Shown: positions 42,550 to 57,980 of the stretch, piece after piece
How positions within the stretch are numbered: position 1 is the first letter of the stretch
Layout: each line of letters starts with the position of its first letter
Assembly (NCBI RefSeq): GCF_009914755.1
Contig: NC_060929.1
Origin: the human T2T-CHM13v2.0 reference genome, Homo sapiens
Length of the DNA stretch: 64,000 nt
Reading direction: 5' to 3' (one strand)
The notes under the pieces: model-generated
Database searches by the model: none
Seen by the model: only the letters and a program-made list of their open reading frames with translations
What the model was told of the DNA's origin: nothing
Position numbers and translations under genes: made by a program

Positions 42550-42761
42550 TACAATAAGGGAATTCTCAGTGAATTATTATGTAAGTGTTTAAGGGTGTTT
42601 TCTTAGTATCTGAGGAAAAATTGGTTGGGATTTTGAAATGGCTTGGGAATGAATTATTTTTTACAGTTAAAATAATAGAACAAGACTCCTGTTATTTAAA
42701 AACTTGGTATTCAACTCATTTGCAGGATTGGGCTAGATTCAGATAACAAGGAATGCCTGTA
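42550..42761. mobile_element. Old TcMar-Tigger terminal fragment
   Basis: Ends TTCAGATAACAAGGAATGCCTG-TA, a Tigger-like TIR plus TA. Confidence 0.5.
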
Positions 42762-43199
42762 TTAGCAAATTGAATTAAATGATATACAAGTATAATGCAG
42801 CATTATAAAATAGCCAGTTAAGGTTCATGCCATGAATTAAAAAATGACTCAATATTAATAAATATAATACTACAGAGAATGAGCCCACTGGAAAAACTGC
42901 TATTTCATCACCAGTCCAGTTACTGAATTCTTATTTTTTCAGTTTTTTTTAGTGGATTTTGTTTTTAGTATTATAGTCAAATTATCTGGGAAAAGTAACC
43001 ATTTTCCCTATTCATTTACAATTTTTATGTATCTTCTGAAGTTTTTCAAGTTACATTAGCTACTTCTACAAAAGGGCAAAACTACAGTTGTAACATTGGG
43101 CGTTGATGTCTTGTCCCTGAATTAAGAAATATTGGTCTTTTTTTTATATGATAAAGATTCATTTCATATATGTGAGGAATACAAGGATTATTGCACAAA

Positions 43200-44170
43200 T
43201 ATGATTAAGAAAGCTAACAAGACATATAATATGCATGTATATATGTGTCTGTATCTGTGTGTTTATATGTATATGCATATATAACAAAATAAATCCCAGA
43301 TGACAAAAAGCCTTAATTGTAAGAATTTATTTATAAAGATACTATGCAACAATAAGATAAATGTATTTATTGGAGTAGAATAGGCCATTCTGAATGAGAC
43401 AGGAACCAAGAATCTATAAAGAAAAGTTTTAGGTAGTTTTACTGCTTAATAGTGCACTACTTTTATATGATAAAAATAACCTAGACAAAGTTAAGTGACA
43501 GATGATACATTGTGAAAAATAAGTACATGGCTAATTTCAGGCAAAAGGCAAATTTGATTTGCAAAGATCTCCTGGAAGTTAGTAAAAAAAAATTATATTA
43601 AAAAAGTGAGAAAGTTATATACGTAACTATTTCTCAGACTAAAAATATAAATGTTAAACAGTGTATTAAAATTCAATCTCACTTTAATAAATATGAATAA
43701 AAGTAATAAATAGATAACATTTTAACCTATCAGATTGGCAACTGTTTAAAGGTTTTGATGCAATTCAATGTTGGCAAATATATGAGGAAACAAGATATCT
43801 TTAATATTTCACAAAAGATGCCAAGATAGCTGTACAGGATATTAACATTACTATTACCATAACTATTCATAATAGTAATAAAGCCAGATTAAACATCTAT
43901 CAGTCAGGAGATAGTTAAAATGTATAACTATATACTATAGCTATTAACCCAGAATGAGGTAAATCTATGTGTTTGGGTATGAAAAATATGGAATCCCATT
44001 GGTGAAGATAAACAAAGAAATGTATATATGTGAGTATAAATGCTTTACTAGAAAGATAAATTTTTAAAAATGTAGTTAATTTTGAGGAAATATATGGATG
44101 TGATTAAATGTGGGAAGGAAAGAGTAGACTTTGTATTTCACATCAGAGACTTTCATATACATTTTTTTTC
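43200..44170 (+). mobile_element. Ancient L1ME 3' relic
   Basis: TTTTAACCTATCAGATTGGCAA..AATGTTGGCAA..GAGGAAACA ORF2-end motifs. Confidence 0.65.
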
Positions 44171-44329
44171 TTTTACCATTTACATGCAATATACATTTTC
44201 ATGTCAGCAGCGTTCCAAGAGTGATAAAATTAAGACTTTTTAAAAAAATTTTTCTTCCCTAGAATCTTTAATAAGCAGAATGAAAGAATTAAGATTAAAA
44301 TGAACGTCTGCTACTTTCATGATTAGATT

Positions 44330-44596
44330 ATTTTTAATTTGTTTTATTTATTTATTTATTTTTTTGAGACAAGGTCTCACTCTGTCACCCAGGCTGAAGC
44401 GCAGTGGGCTCAAGCAATCCTCCCACCTCAGCCTCCCAAATAGCGGGGACTATACGCACATCTGGCAAATTTTTATTTTTGTAGAGATCTTGCTATGTTT
44501 CCCATGCTGGTTTCAAATTTCTGGCCTCAAGTGATCCTCCTGCAATAGCCTCCCAAAGTGCTGGGATTGCAGGTGTAGGCCACACCATGCTCAGCC
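44330..44596 (-). mobile_element. AluJb with internal deletion
   Basis: GAGACAAGGTCTCACTCTGTCACCCAGGCTG..GGCCTCAAGTGATCCTCC..CCCAAAGTGCTGGGATT. Confidence 0.9.
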
Positions 44597-46659
44597 TGTG
44601 AACAGATAATTTTACAAGCATTTTCCCCCAAACTGTACTCCTGGGTGATTTTTTTCCTAGATATTTTAATACCAGAGTTGGAGTTAAGCCATGTATTGAA
44701 TAATCATAGCTTGAAGTGATATTAAACTTGAAGTGGAATTTTCTCCCATCACTCTTTCAAATAACATATATGTATGTATATCAAATCATCTGTCCCAATT
44801 CCTAAATCATTGCACAGTTTTCTAGTCCCTTTCAGTTAATTAAAATCACAATCAGGTCCACTTTAAACCTCTGATCTCATCTCTCCTTCAGCCCTGACCT
44901 TGGCTGGAGGGACCTAGGTACGAATAGCTCTTTTAATCCTTTTCCTCTCACTTCAACGTTGGGGCAGGAAGGAAACATTAAAGGAAAGAGAAAATCTTTT
45001 CACTGAATTGGGCATGACAGAAGTACAGCATTTCTTTGGGGTGGCTGTTTCCAAAAGTCCCCTTTAATACATGTGTTAATTCTTTGGAAGGCCCTTGGGA
45101 AGCCTCCTCATTGCCCTGTTGCCTAGTGTATGAGACTAATTCTAACCCTATCAACCTCTTTTAACCCATTGCCTTTCCCTATGGGATGGAAAGCCTCAGC
45201 TAGGCAAATCACATTTGATTCTACTGACTAATTCTCACTCTCATTCCTCTTTTACTGTTGCACCTTTATATTGATGTAGGCAGGGGATTTGGATTGTGAG
45301 TCAGCCAGCCTCTGATATGATGTAGAATGAAAGATGTACAGGCTCATATTGGGTCCAATTCCAAGACAACAGGAAGGTTACCACTCAATTTTATTTTCCA
45401 CTAAATTCTCCCTAAATATACTAAATACACCCCAACAGCTAGCTATCTTTGTAAACTTAAGTAAGTCTTTGGTGCTAGAATTCTTTAACATATCCTAAAT
45501 TTCTTGTTAGATTTAAGCTTTCTTGAGAACATTACTAATTTGATAGTGCTAATATTCTGTGCCTAGAAAAAGAGAAATGATAAGACATAATGCTGAAGTT
45601 ATAAACCAAAATAGGATTCTATATAGCATTTTATTCCATAAAAATGAGCTTGAATTTTTCCCTCTCAGTAATGAGAAGCCGCTGAAAATAACCCTGGGTC
45701 AGAATAACTAGCTGTTTCATTCGAATTTACCCTGGCTGCTGTAGAACATTTGAGGAAAAGTTGGCTGTTTTGAAGCACCAGACTCACACCTATATGAGTT
45801 TGTTTCTAAATTCAGTAAGTAAAGCAAACACCATTGAAGGTTGTCAGAAACTCCTTAAAAATTAACTGGGAAAATGCCAGTTTGGGATCAACATACCATC
45901 TCTAAATAGTCACAACACAGGCAATTTTCTTTCCAATTGGAATATGTCTGCTGTGTGCTTAAGTGGTTGGTGAGTTCACATTTAGTGTTATATTGTACTT
46001 CTATGAAAAGTCTAGACTCACTTAGGGAAGCAAATAGCTCACGCATGAAAGAGACATGCAGGAACCAAGACCTCTTTCTGATTCTGAAGTGAAATAGTGG
46101 GTGGAATTGCCTATGCTATTCTAGTATACTTTTCCTCTTTAGTTTCAGAGAATGAGTAAAGCTAATTATGTTAAAGTTAGTTATATAATATGGCTCCATC
46201 ATTATCTCAAGAGAGCATTTAAAGAAAAATGTAGAAAATTATATCAAAAGCTACAAAAATAAAATTAGATGAATATATTAGTTTTCTAGTTCTGCTGTAA
46301 CAAATTACTACAAACTTGATCGCTTAAAACAACATACCTCCTAAGAAGAATGGAAAAAAGTCAATGTTTACATGGAATCTTAGACAAGAAAAAAAAATGT
46401 GATTTGGGGAATGATAGGATTTAAAAGAGACACAAATTATACTCCAGATATCAGTTTGGAATAGAGACAAATAGAGTCGTTATTTATTATAAGAACTTTA
46501 AAATGTTTAATATAAATTGGGAGAGAGATTTTTATTTTAATTACATTTAGTAGAGCTGTCGATATATATACAAGTCTACAGTTGTGGGTAAAGATATAAG
46601 TTGAAAAATAAGATTTGGAGTCATTCACCTATATGATATTTAAAGCAGGGAGCATAGAT

Positions 46660-46850
46660 CAGGGTTCTTCACTTTGGCACTATTGACATTTTGTACAGGA
46701 TAATTCTTTATGTGGTGAGCTGTCCTGTGTATCATTTAGTGGTTTTTTTCCTCCAGAAGTCTGTAGCACCCTCCAGTTGTAAGGAAAATATCTTCAGACA
46801 TCATCAAATGCCTCCTGGAGGATAAAATTGCCCCTGATTGAGAACCGCTA
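46660..46850. mobile_element. MER20 hAT MITE inserted in L2
   Basis: GGCACTATTGACATTTTG..CAGACATCATCAAATG..GATTGAGAACCGCTA; perfect 8-bp TSD GCATAGAT at 46652-46659 and 46851-46858. Confidence 0.92.
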
Positions 46851-46968
46851 GCATAGATGACAGAACCAAGGCAAAGAGTTTGATTGAAATTTGAGGGATG
46901 AAGAGGAATCACTGGTGTTATGCCAATATTTGTTGATAGTTAGAAAAAGGGTCATCCTGAAAGGGTAC

Positions 46969-47363
46969 TGATAAGATTTGCTCAAATCTCATGTCAAATT
47001 GTAATTGTCATGCCAAAATCTCATGTCAAATTATAACTCCCAGTGTTGGAGGAGGGGGTCTGCTGGGAGGTGATTGGATCATGGAGTGGATTTCTCCCTT
47101 GATGTTCTTGTGATAGTGAGTGAGTTCTCAAGAGATCTGGCTGTTTAAAAGCACTTTCCCATTCTCTCTATTCCTCCTGCTCCAGCCATGTAGGACGTGT
47201 CTACTTTCCCTTCCCCTTCCACCATGATTGTAAGTTTCCTGAGACCTCCACAGCTGTGATTCCTGTACAGCCTGTGGAACCATGTGTCAATTAAACCTCT
47301 TTTCCTTATAAATTACCCAGTTTCAGATATTCTGTTATAACGGTGTGAGAATAGACTAATACA
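46969..47363 (+). mobile_element. MSTA solo LTR
   Basis: TG...GACTAATACA termini; GGGAGGTGATTGGATCATGG, CTTCCACCATGATTGTAAGTTTCCTGAG; TSD GGTAC/TGTAC. Confidence 0.92.
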
Positions 47364-50300
47364 TGTACTGAGGGGAGGGTCTGTTCTAAACAAAGGAGGA
47401 AAACCAGAAGAATAGAGCATCAGAACTATTAGAGGAAATTGAAGAGGCGGAGGATCATGGTGGACGGGAGGCAGGATTAGATTGCAGCTCCGACTCGGAT
47501 GGACAGAGCAGCATGTGGAGGCTGGCATCATGAATTTTTGCTCCAGAATGACTGCAGGAATATATCATGATACCTGAGAGGACCCCCTGAGGGAAGCAGA
47601 TTGCTCCTGCAGGACCCGGGAGACACGCCAAATACTGTGAGTGTCCAAACTGTGGAAGTGGGAAAGGGAGATCATCCTCCCCTCAACACAAACCCACACT
47701 GGGGAAACTGAAGGTCTAGATTAAGAGAGATTCTGACCTTACCTGGGGCTGAGTCAACTTAGAAAGCTGAGTGCAATACAGAGGTAGAGGAAGCAGCGGG
47801 AAAAGCCTTGGGAGTTCGCTGGGTCCCCTAGCAACTCATTTTTGCCTGGTCTCACAGGGGTCCTCCAGGAAGGCAACTAGAGGTGCTGAGAAAAGGCCAC
47901 ACAGAGAAGGAAACCTCCAACTAAACTTTGTAACAATTTGAACTGATAGAGAAGCCTCCTGGCTAGAACTCAGGGGAGGGTGTGAATTCGGTGTGCAGAC
48001 GCCACAGGTGGAGAAAGAAGGAAAGCCATACTTGATTTTGCTGCTGGGAGGTGGGTAGCCTGGGGCAAGTTCTCAGTCCTGCTCGCCCACTGCCTGGAAA
48101 CAGACTCAATGCTGTTGCGGGGAGCATGGTGGAAGTGAGACCAGCCCTTTGGATTGCAAGGGAGCTAAGTGAGGCCGACTTTCCCCCAGTTCCCTGACAA
48201 CCTGCATAATGGAGACAGTCATAATCCTCCTAGGAATATAACTCCATTGACCTGGGAACCTCACCCCCAACCCCCACAGCAGTCATAGCAAGACCTGCCC
48301 AAGGGGAGTCTGAGCTCAGACACACCTAGCCCTGCCCCCAGCTAATGGTCCTTCGCTACCCATCCTGGTAACAAAGGGTATATACTCTTGCAAGTTGTAG
48401 GGCCCTGCCCACCACCTGTTCCTCCTTTTATAACCACAGCTGATGCTCTCTGGAGAGCCCCACTTCCTGGCAGGAGGCCAACCAGCACAAAAATCATGCA
48501 TTAAACCACCAAAGGTAAGAACCTTCACAGAGTCCATTTCACTCCCCTGCCACCTCCACCAGAACAAGTGCTGGTATCCACGGCTGAGAGTCCCACTGAT
48601 GGTTCACATCACAAGACTCTGGGTAGAAAACCCCCAATACCAGCCTGGACCTTGATAGACTTGCTGGGTGGCTAGATCCAGAACAGAGATAACAGTCACT
48701 TCAGCTCAGCTCTCAGGAAGCCACATCCATAGGAAAAGGGTGAGAGTACTATATCAAGGGAACACCCTGTGGGGCAAAAGAATCTGAACAACAGCCTTCA
48801 TCCCTAGACTTTCCCTCTGACAGAGCCTACGCAAATGAGAAGAAACCGGAAAACCTATTCCGGTAATATGACTAAACAAGGTTCTTTAACTCCCCTACCC
48901 GCCCAAAAAATAATCACACTATCTCACCAGCAATGGAGCCAAACAGAAAAGAAATCCCTGATTTACCTGAAAAAGTATTCAGGAGGTCAATTATTAAGCT
49001 AATTAGCGAGGCACCAGAGGAAGGTGAAGCCCAAAGTAAGGAAATACAAAAAAAAAAAAAAAAAAAATGACAGAAGTGAAGGGAGAAATATTCAAGGAAA
49101 GAGATAGCATAAAATATAAATCAAAACTTCAGGAAACAATGGACACACTTATAAAAATGCAAAATGCTCTGGAAAGTCTCAGCAATAGAAGTGAACAAGT
49201 AGAAGAAAGAAATTCGGTCTTGAACACAAGGTCTTTGAATTAGCCCAATCCAACAAAGACAAAAAAGAATAAGAAATGTGAACCAAGCCTCAAAGAAGTC
49301 TGGGATTATGTTAAATGACCAAACCTAAAAATAATCAGTGCTCTTGAGGAAGAAGAGAAATCTAAAAGTTTGGAAAACATATTTGGGGGAATAATCTAAG
49401 AAACCTTCCCTGGCCTTGCTAGAGATCTAGACATTCAAATACAAGAAGCATGAAGAACACCTGGGAAATTCATCGTAAAACTATCATCGCCTAGGGAGAT
49501 TGTCATCAGGTTATCTAAAGTTAAGATAAAGGAAAGAATCTTAAGATCTATGAGACAAAAGCAGCAGGTAACCTCTAAAGGAAAACCTATCAGATTAACA
49601 GCAGATTTCTCAGCAGAAACCCTACAAGCTAGAAGCGATTGGGGCCCTCTCTTCAGCCTCCTCAAACAAAACAGTTATCAGCCAAGAATTTTGTATCCAG
49701 CAAAAAAATAAGCCTCATATATGAAGGAAAGATACAGTCTTTTTCAGACAAACAAATGCTGAGAGAATTTGCCACTACCAAGCCACCAAAACAAGAACTG
49801 CTAAAAGGAGCTCTAAATCTTGAAAGAAATCCTGAAAACACATCAAAACAGAACCTCTTTAAAGCATAAATCTCATAGGACCTATAAAACAAAAATACAA
49901 TTTAAAAAACAAAAAAACCCCCAAAAATCCAAGGTATACAGGTAACAAATAGCATGCATGGAATGGTACCTCGTATCTCAATACTAACATTAAATGTGAA
50001 TGGCCTAAATGCTCCATTTAAAAGATACTGAATTACAGAATAGATAAGAACTCACCAACCAACCATCTGCTGCCTTCAGGAGACTCACCTAACACAAAAA
50101 TACTCACACAAACTTAAAGGGGTGGAAAAAAGGCATTTCATGCAAATGGACACCAAAAGTGAGCAGGGGTAGCTATTCTTATATCAGACAAAACAAATTT
50201 TAAAGCAACAACAGTTAAAAAAGACAAAGAGAGACATTATATAATGATAAAAGGCCTTGTCCAACTAGGAAAATAGCACAGTCCTAAACATATATGCACC

Positions 50301-51629
50301 TAACACTGGAGCTCCCAAATTTATAAAACAACTACTAATAGACCTAAGAAATGAGATAGCAACACAATAGTAGTGGGGGACTTCAATACTCCATTGACAG
50401 CACTAGACAAGTTATCAAGACAAAGTCAAAAAAGAAACAACGGATTTGAACTATGCTGTGGAACAAATGGACTTAACAGATATATACAGAACATTACATC
50501 CAACAACAGCAGAATATACAATCTATTTAAGAACACATGGAACTTTCTCCAAGATAGACCACATAATAGGCCACAAAATGAGCCTCAGTAAATTTAAGAA
50601 AATTGAAATTATATCTAGCACTCTCAGACCACAGTGGAATAAAACTGGGAATCAACTCCAACTTCAAAACCATGCAAATACCTGGAAATTAAATAACCTG
50701 CTCCTGAATAATCATTGGGTCAATAATGAAATCAAGATGGAAATTAAAAAAATTCTTCAAACTGACAACAATAGTGACATAAACTATCAAAACCTGTGGG
50801 AGAAAGCAAAGGTGGTGCTAAGAGGGAAGTTCAGAGCCCTAAACACTTGCATCGAAAAGTCTGAAAGAGCACAGACAATCTAAGTCTACACCTCAAGGAA
50901 CTAGAGAAACAAGAACAAACCAAATCCAAACATAGCAGAAGAAAGGAAAAAAACAGGATCAGAGCAGAACTAAATGAAACTGAAACAAAAAATATGAAAG
51001 ATAAATAAAACAAAAAGCTGGTTCTTTGAAAAGATAAATAAAATTGATAGACCATTAGGAAGATTAACCATGAAAAGAAGAGAGAAAATCCAAATAAGCT
51101 CAATAAGAAATGGGAGATAATATAACTGATATCACAGAAATACAAAAGATCATTCAAGGTTACTATGAACACCTTTACATGCATAAACTAGAAAACCTAG
51201 AAGAGATGGATAAACTCCTGGAAAGACACAACCCTTCTAGTTTAAATCAGGAAGAAGTAGATACCCTGAACAGACCAATAACAGCAAGATTGAAGTGGTA
51301 ATTAAAAAAATTACCAACAGAAAGAAGTCCAGGACCAGACAATTCTATCAGACATTCAAAGAAGTCTTGATACCAAGAAAAAGAGGGATCCCTTCCTAAA
51401 TAATTCTATGAAGCCAACATCACCCTAATACCAAAACCAGGAAAGGATATAGCCAAAAAAGAAAATATAGACCAATATCCCTGATGAACATAGTTGCTAA
51501 AAATCCTTAACAAAATACTAGCTAACAAAATCCAACAACATGTCAAAAAGATAATATCCATAATGATCAAGTGGGTTTCATACTAGGGTTGCAGGGATGG
51601 TGTAATATATACACGTCCAGAAATGTGAT

Positions 51630-52257
51630 TGTAGCTCACTGCAGCCTCGAACTCCTGGGTTCACACAGTCCTCCCACCACAGCCTCCCAAAACACTGGGA
51701 TTGCAAGCATGAGCTGCCATGCCTGGCCAGCCTATTTTTGGCTGGACACCAGTGGGCCAAAAGCAGTGGGGTGCTGTCTGGGGAGCTCTGAGAATGCACT
51801 TGTGTGACAGGCTGAGCCTAAAGACTGTTATCCAGTGTCTGCCCTCCAGTGTGTAGCATGCTGCGCACTGTCGCTCCATGTTGCTGCCCACGTGTCCCCA
51901 CCAGGCAGGTGTTGGTGGTTATCTGGACACTGAAGGGTCAGACCTGGAAAACTGGGACCAAAAGATGAGGTCTCCATAATTTAAGGTGCTGTTAAGAGTT
52001 CGTTCAGGTCATAGGACTTCTTTCATCTCACCCTTCCTTGGAATCCTCCTGCTTTCATCTGGGGATCTTTTAGAATGAAACCACTTGTTATTGTGGAGGG
52101 CAAGGTGTCCTAATGCCCTCCTCTTAGAACCTGAGCCAGTCGAGGCAGCTGCATCTGTCTACATGTTTTATCTGCAGAGATAAATAGTTATTGAGCTTTT
52201 TTTGTTTGGCCTTGTTTTATTATACCATAAAAAAGATTTTCCTCTTAAAAAAAAAAA
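51630..52257 (+). pseudogene. 5'-truncated retrocopy of an unidentified mRNA 3'UTR inserted in L1PB ORF2
   Basis: Non-L1 sequence ending in an A11 tail; TSD AGAAATGTGAT at 51619-51629 and 52257-52267; first ~100 nt are an antisense FLAM/Alu. Confidence 0.82.
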
Positions 52258-54125
52258 GAAATGTGATACACCACATAAACAGTATTAAAAACAAGCATCG
52301 TATGATTATCTCAATAGATGCAGAAAAACAATTCTACAAAATCCAGCATCCCTTTATGGTTAAAACTCTCAGCACAATTGGCATACAAGAGATGTACCTC
52401 AATATAATAAAAGCCATCTATGACAGACCCACAGCCAACATAATACTGAATGGGAAAAAGTTGGAAGCATTCACTCTGAGGACTGGAACAAAACAAGGAT
52501 GCCCACTCTCACCACTCCTCTTCAACATAGTACTAGAAGTCCTAGCCAGAGCAATCAGAAAAGAAAAAAAAAATAGAGGGCATCCAAATAGTAAAGAGGA
52601 AATCAAACTGTCACTGTTTGTTGATCACATGATTGTTTACCTAGAAAACCCTAAAGACTCCTCTGGAAAGCTCCTAGAACTGATAAAGGAATTCAACAAA
52701 GTTTCTGGATACAAGATTAATGTACATAAATCAGTAGTTCTTCTATATACTAACAGAGACAAGGCTGAGAATCAAATCAAGAACTCAACCCCTTTTACAA
52801 TAGCCGCAAAAAAAAAAAAATTAGGAATATACCTAAGGAAGTGAAAGACCTCTACAATGAAAGCTACAAAACACTACTGAAAGAAATCATAGACAAAACA
52901 AACAAAAGGAAACACATCCTATGTTCATAGATAGAATCAATATTGTGAAAATGACCATACTGCCAAAAGCAATCTACAAATTCAATGCAATTCACATCAA
53001 AATACCACCATCATTCTTCACAGAATTAGAAAAAACAATTCTAACATTCATAGGGAACCAAAAAATGAGCCCGCATAGCCAAAGCAAGACTAAGCAAAAT
53101 CACATTACCTGATTTCAAACTGTATTATGAGGCCATAGTCAACAAAACAGCATGGTACTGGTATAAAAATAGGCACATAGGCCAATGGAACAGAGTGGAG
53201 AACCTGGAAATAAACCTAAATACTTACACCCAACTGGTCTTCAACAAGGCAAACAAAAACAAATGGGAAAAGGACACCCTTTTCAACAATGGTGCTGGGG
53301 TAATTGGCTAACTACATGTAGGAAAATGAAACTGGATCCTCATCTCTCACCTTAAAAAATCAGCTCAAGTTGGACTAAGGACTTAAATCTAAAATCTGAA
53401 ACTATAAAAGTTCTAGAAGATAACTTTGGAAAAAAGCCTTCTAGACATTGGCTTAGACAAGAATTTCATGACCAAGAACCCAAAAGCAAATGCAATAAAA
53501 ACAAAGATAAATAGCTGGGACTTAAACTAAAGAGCTTTTGCATGGCAAAAGGAGCAGTCAACAGAGTAAACAGACAACTACACAGTGGGGGAAAAGTCTT
53601 CACAAGCTGTACATCTGACAAAGAACTAATATCCACAATCTACAATGAACTCTAACATGGAACAAGCAATTCCATCAAAAAGTGGGCTAAGGACGTGAAT
53701 AGACAATTCTCAGAAGAAGATATACAAATGGACAACAAACATGAAAAAAATGCGCAACATTGCTAATGATCAGGGAAATGCAAATCAAAACCACAATGTG
53801 ATACGACCTTACTCCTGAAAGAATGGCCATAATCAAAAAATCACAAAATAGTAGATGTTGGCATGGATACAGTAGACAGGGAACACTTCTATACTGCTGG
53901 TGGGAATGTAAACTAGTACAACCACTATAGAAAACAGTGTGGAAATTCCTTAAAGAACTAAAAGTAGAAGTACCATTTGATCCAGCAATCCCACTACTGA
54001 GGAAAATAAGTCATTATATGAAAAAGATACTTGCATGGGCATGTTTATAGCAGCACAGTGCATAATTGCAAAAACGTGGAACTAACCCAAATGCCCATCA
54101 ATCAATGAGTGGATAAACTGTGGTG

Positions 54126-54127
<2 letters not shown>

Positions 54128-54178
<51 letters not shown>
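54128..54178. repeat. (CA)n microsatellite inside L1PB
   Basis: direct read, ~25 units. Confidence 0.97.
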
Positions 54179-54180
<2 letters not shown>

Positions 54181-54420
54181 TGGAATACTACTCAGCCACA
54201 AAAAAAAGCAATGAATTAATGGAATTTGCAGTGACCTGGCTGAGATCGGAGACTATTTTAAGTGAAGTAACTCAGGAATTGAAAAGCAAACATCATATGC
54301 TCTCACTCATAAATGGGAGCTAAACTATGAGGATGCAAAGGCATAAGAATAACACAATGGACTTTGGGGACTCAGGCAGAAGGGTTAGGAAGGGGGTGAA
54401 GGATAAAAGACTACAAATAG

Positions 54421-54723
54421 GGCCGGGCGTGGTGGCTCACACCTGTAATCCCAGCACTATGGAAAGCCGAGGTGGGAGGATCATTTGAGGTCAGGAGTTC
54501 AAAACCAGCGTGGCCAACATGGTGAAACCCCATCTCTACCAAAAATACAAAAATTAGCCAAGTGTGGCAGTAGGTGCCTGTAATCCCAGCTACTCTGGAG
54601 GCTGAGGCAGGAGAATTGTTTGAGCCCAGGAGCCAGAGGTTGCAGTGAGCAGAGATGCGCCACTGCATTCCAGCCTGGGTGACAGAGTGGGACCCTATCT
54701 CGGAGGGTGGGAGAAAAAAAACA
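54421..54723 (+). mobile_element. AluS/J in the L1PB 3'UTR
   Basis: Full dimer; TSD ACTACAAATAG at 54410-54420 and 54724-54734. Confidence 0.95.
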
Positions 54724-54923
54724 ACTACAAATAGGGTGCAGTGTATACTTCTTGGGTGATGGATGCACCGAAATCTCACAAATCACCACTAAAGAAGTTA
54801 CTTATATAACCAAACACCATCTGTTTCTTAATAACCTATGGAAATATAAAATAAATATGGGAGATCAATTCAAGAAAGAAATGGTAAATTATATCACAAG
54901 CTGTAAAAATAAAGTAAGATAAA

Positions 54924-55425
54924 TCTATTGGTTTTCACTGCTGATGTAACAAATTACTATACTCTTGGTGGCTTAGCAAACACAAATTTGTTTTCATGTA
55001 ATTGTGAACATCAGACATCTAACAAAGGTCTTCGTGAGCTAAATTTAGGAGTCAGTAGGGCTGTGATCATTTCTGGAGGCTCCGGGGAGAATCCGGCTCC
55101 TTGCCGTTTTCAGCTTTTAGGTGTTGCACTCATTCCTTGGCTCATGGCTCTTCTTGAGTCTTCAAAACCAGCAACATCACATCTGTCTGATCCTTCTTTT
55201 GTTGTCAAATCTCAGTCTCTGTTTTGAGCCACAGTTGGAAAATGTTCTGCAATTTGAAGGTTTCATGTAATTAGATAGAACTTACTTGAATAAACCAGAT
55301 CATCTCCTCGTCTGACTCACCTTAACTTAATTACATCTCAGTTTCTTTTGACATATAAAATAACACATTCACAGGCTCAGGATTACGACATTGACATTTG
55401 GGAGAGTTTTATTTTGCCTACCACA
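54924..55425 (-). mobile_element. MLT1 (MLT1D-like) solo LTR
   Basis: GCTGATGTAACAAATTAC..TTTCTGGAGGCTCCGGGGAGAATCC..CATTCCTTGGCTCATGGC..TTTTGCCTACCACA. Confidence 0.85.
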
Positions 55426-55469
55426 ATGAATACATTAAACACATTTAGATTTAGCAGTAAGAAAATCTC

Positions 55470-55642
55470 ATTTCAGGAATAGAAAATGAAATACTATATG
55501 TTCTCACTTACAAGTGGGAAGTAATGTACAATGTACACTACTGAGGTGACTGGTGTACTAAAGTCTCAGACTTGACCACTATACAACTCACCCATGTAAC
55601 CAAAAACCACATGTACCCCAAAAGCTATTGAAATAATAAAAG
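55470..55642 (+). mobile_element. L1PB/L1MA 3' end fragment
   Basis: ATGTTCTCACTTACAAGTGGGA..GACTTGACCACTATACAA..CATGTAACCAAAAACCAC..CCCCAAAAGCTATTGAAATAATAAA. Confidence 0.8.
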
Positions 55643-56360
55643 ATGATCACATTTTACCTTGTTGAGAGCATCTCAGAGGAATGGGGAAGGCGAGAAGTTA
55701 GATTTCAGTGCGTTAAAGAGTACATAGCAGCTGAGGCAGAAGAACCAGTAAGTATATAAGCTTAGAGAAAAATATAAACAATAATATAATTAAATCTAGG
55801 GTACATGCCTCATAGCTTTGTTAATTTTTAACACCTTGCTGTATATGCTACAGATCGTTTTCCATTTCTTTTCTCTTTCTTCCTTCCTTTGCTTGCCTCC
55901 TTCTCTTGTGTATCTGTTCCCAACTCCATTGTATTTCCTGTTTTTGCAGAAGAAACCACTCCTGATTTTTTATTTCGTGGATGTTTTAAGATTTTACCAT
56001 GTTTTAAGAATATCAATATGTTTATGGATACAAACATATTTTTTGCATGTTTTTGAAAGTTTTTAAAGTGTCCTTCTGTACTCTGTTTTTGAAATTTATG
56101 TATCTTGATAGCTATAATAGTAATTCACTTGTAATTACTGAATAGTATGCTATTGACTGAATGTAGCCTAATTTATTTATCTGCTGATAAATAAGTTGCT
56201 TCTGATTTTTATACTTTCTTTTTCTTTTTTAAATCAATCTTACTGATATTTTTATATTTTAAAGGTTTTCTTAAAATCAGTTTCTAGTCTATTAATCTCT
56301 AATATAGCCTTGCTTTCTACTTTGTTCCATTTAGTTCTCTTTATTTTTCCACTCTTCCAC

Positions 56361-57980
<1,620 letters not shown>

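Larger units (their letters stand above)
47444..54855 (+). mobile_element. Full-length, inactivated L1PB (5'UTR, ORF1 ~48868-49869, ORF2 from ~49954, 3'UTR)
   Basis: L1PBa-type 5'UTR; ORF1 C-terminus (EGKIQSFSDKQMLREF); EN motif VGDFNTPL; RT motif [21 protein letters not shown] with FADD mutated to FVDH; L1PB 3'UTR; many stops and frameshifts. Confidence 0.95.

Noticed and set aside
49639-53112. Longest ORFs (145 aa, 217 aa) as genes or an active retrotransposon
   Set aside because: They are fragments of a decayed L1PB; the RT motif is mutated to FVDH and ORF2 is interrupted by an insertion.
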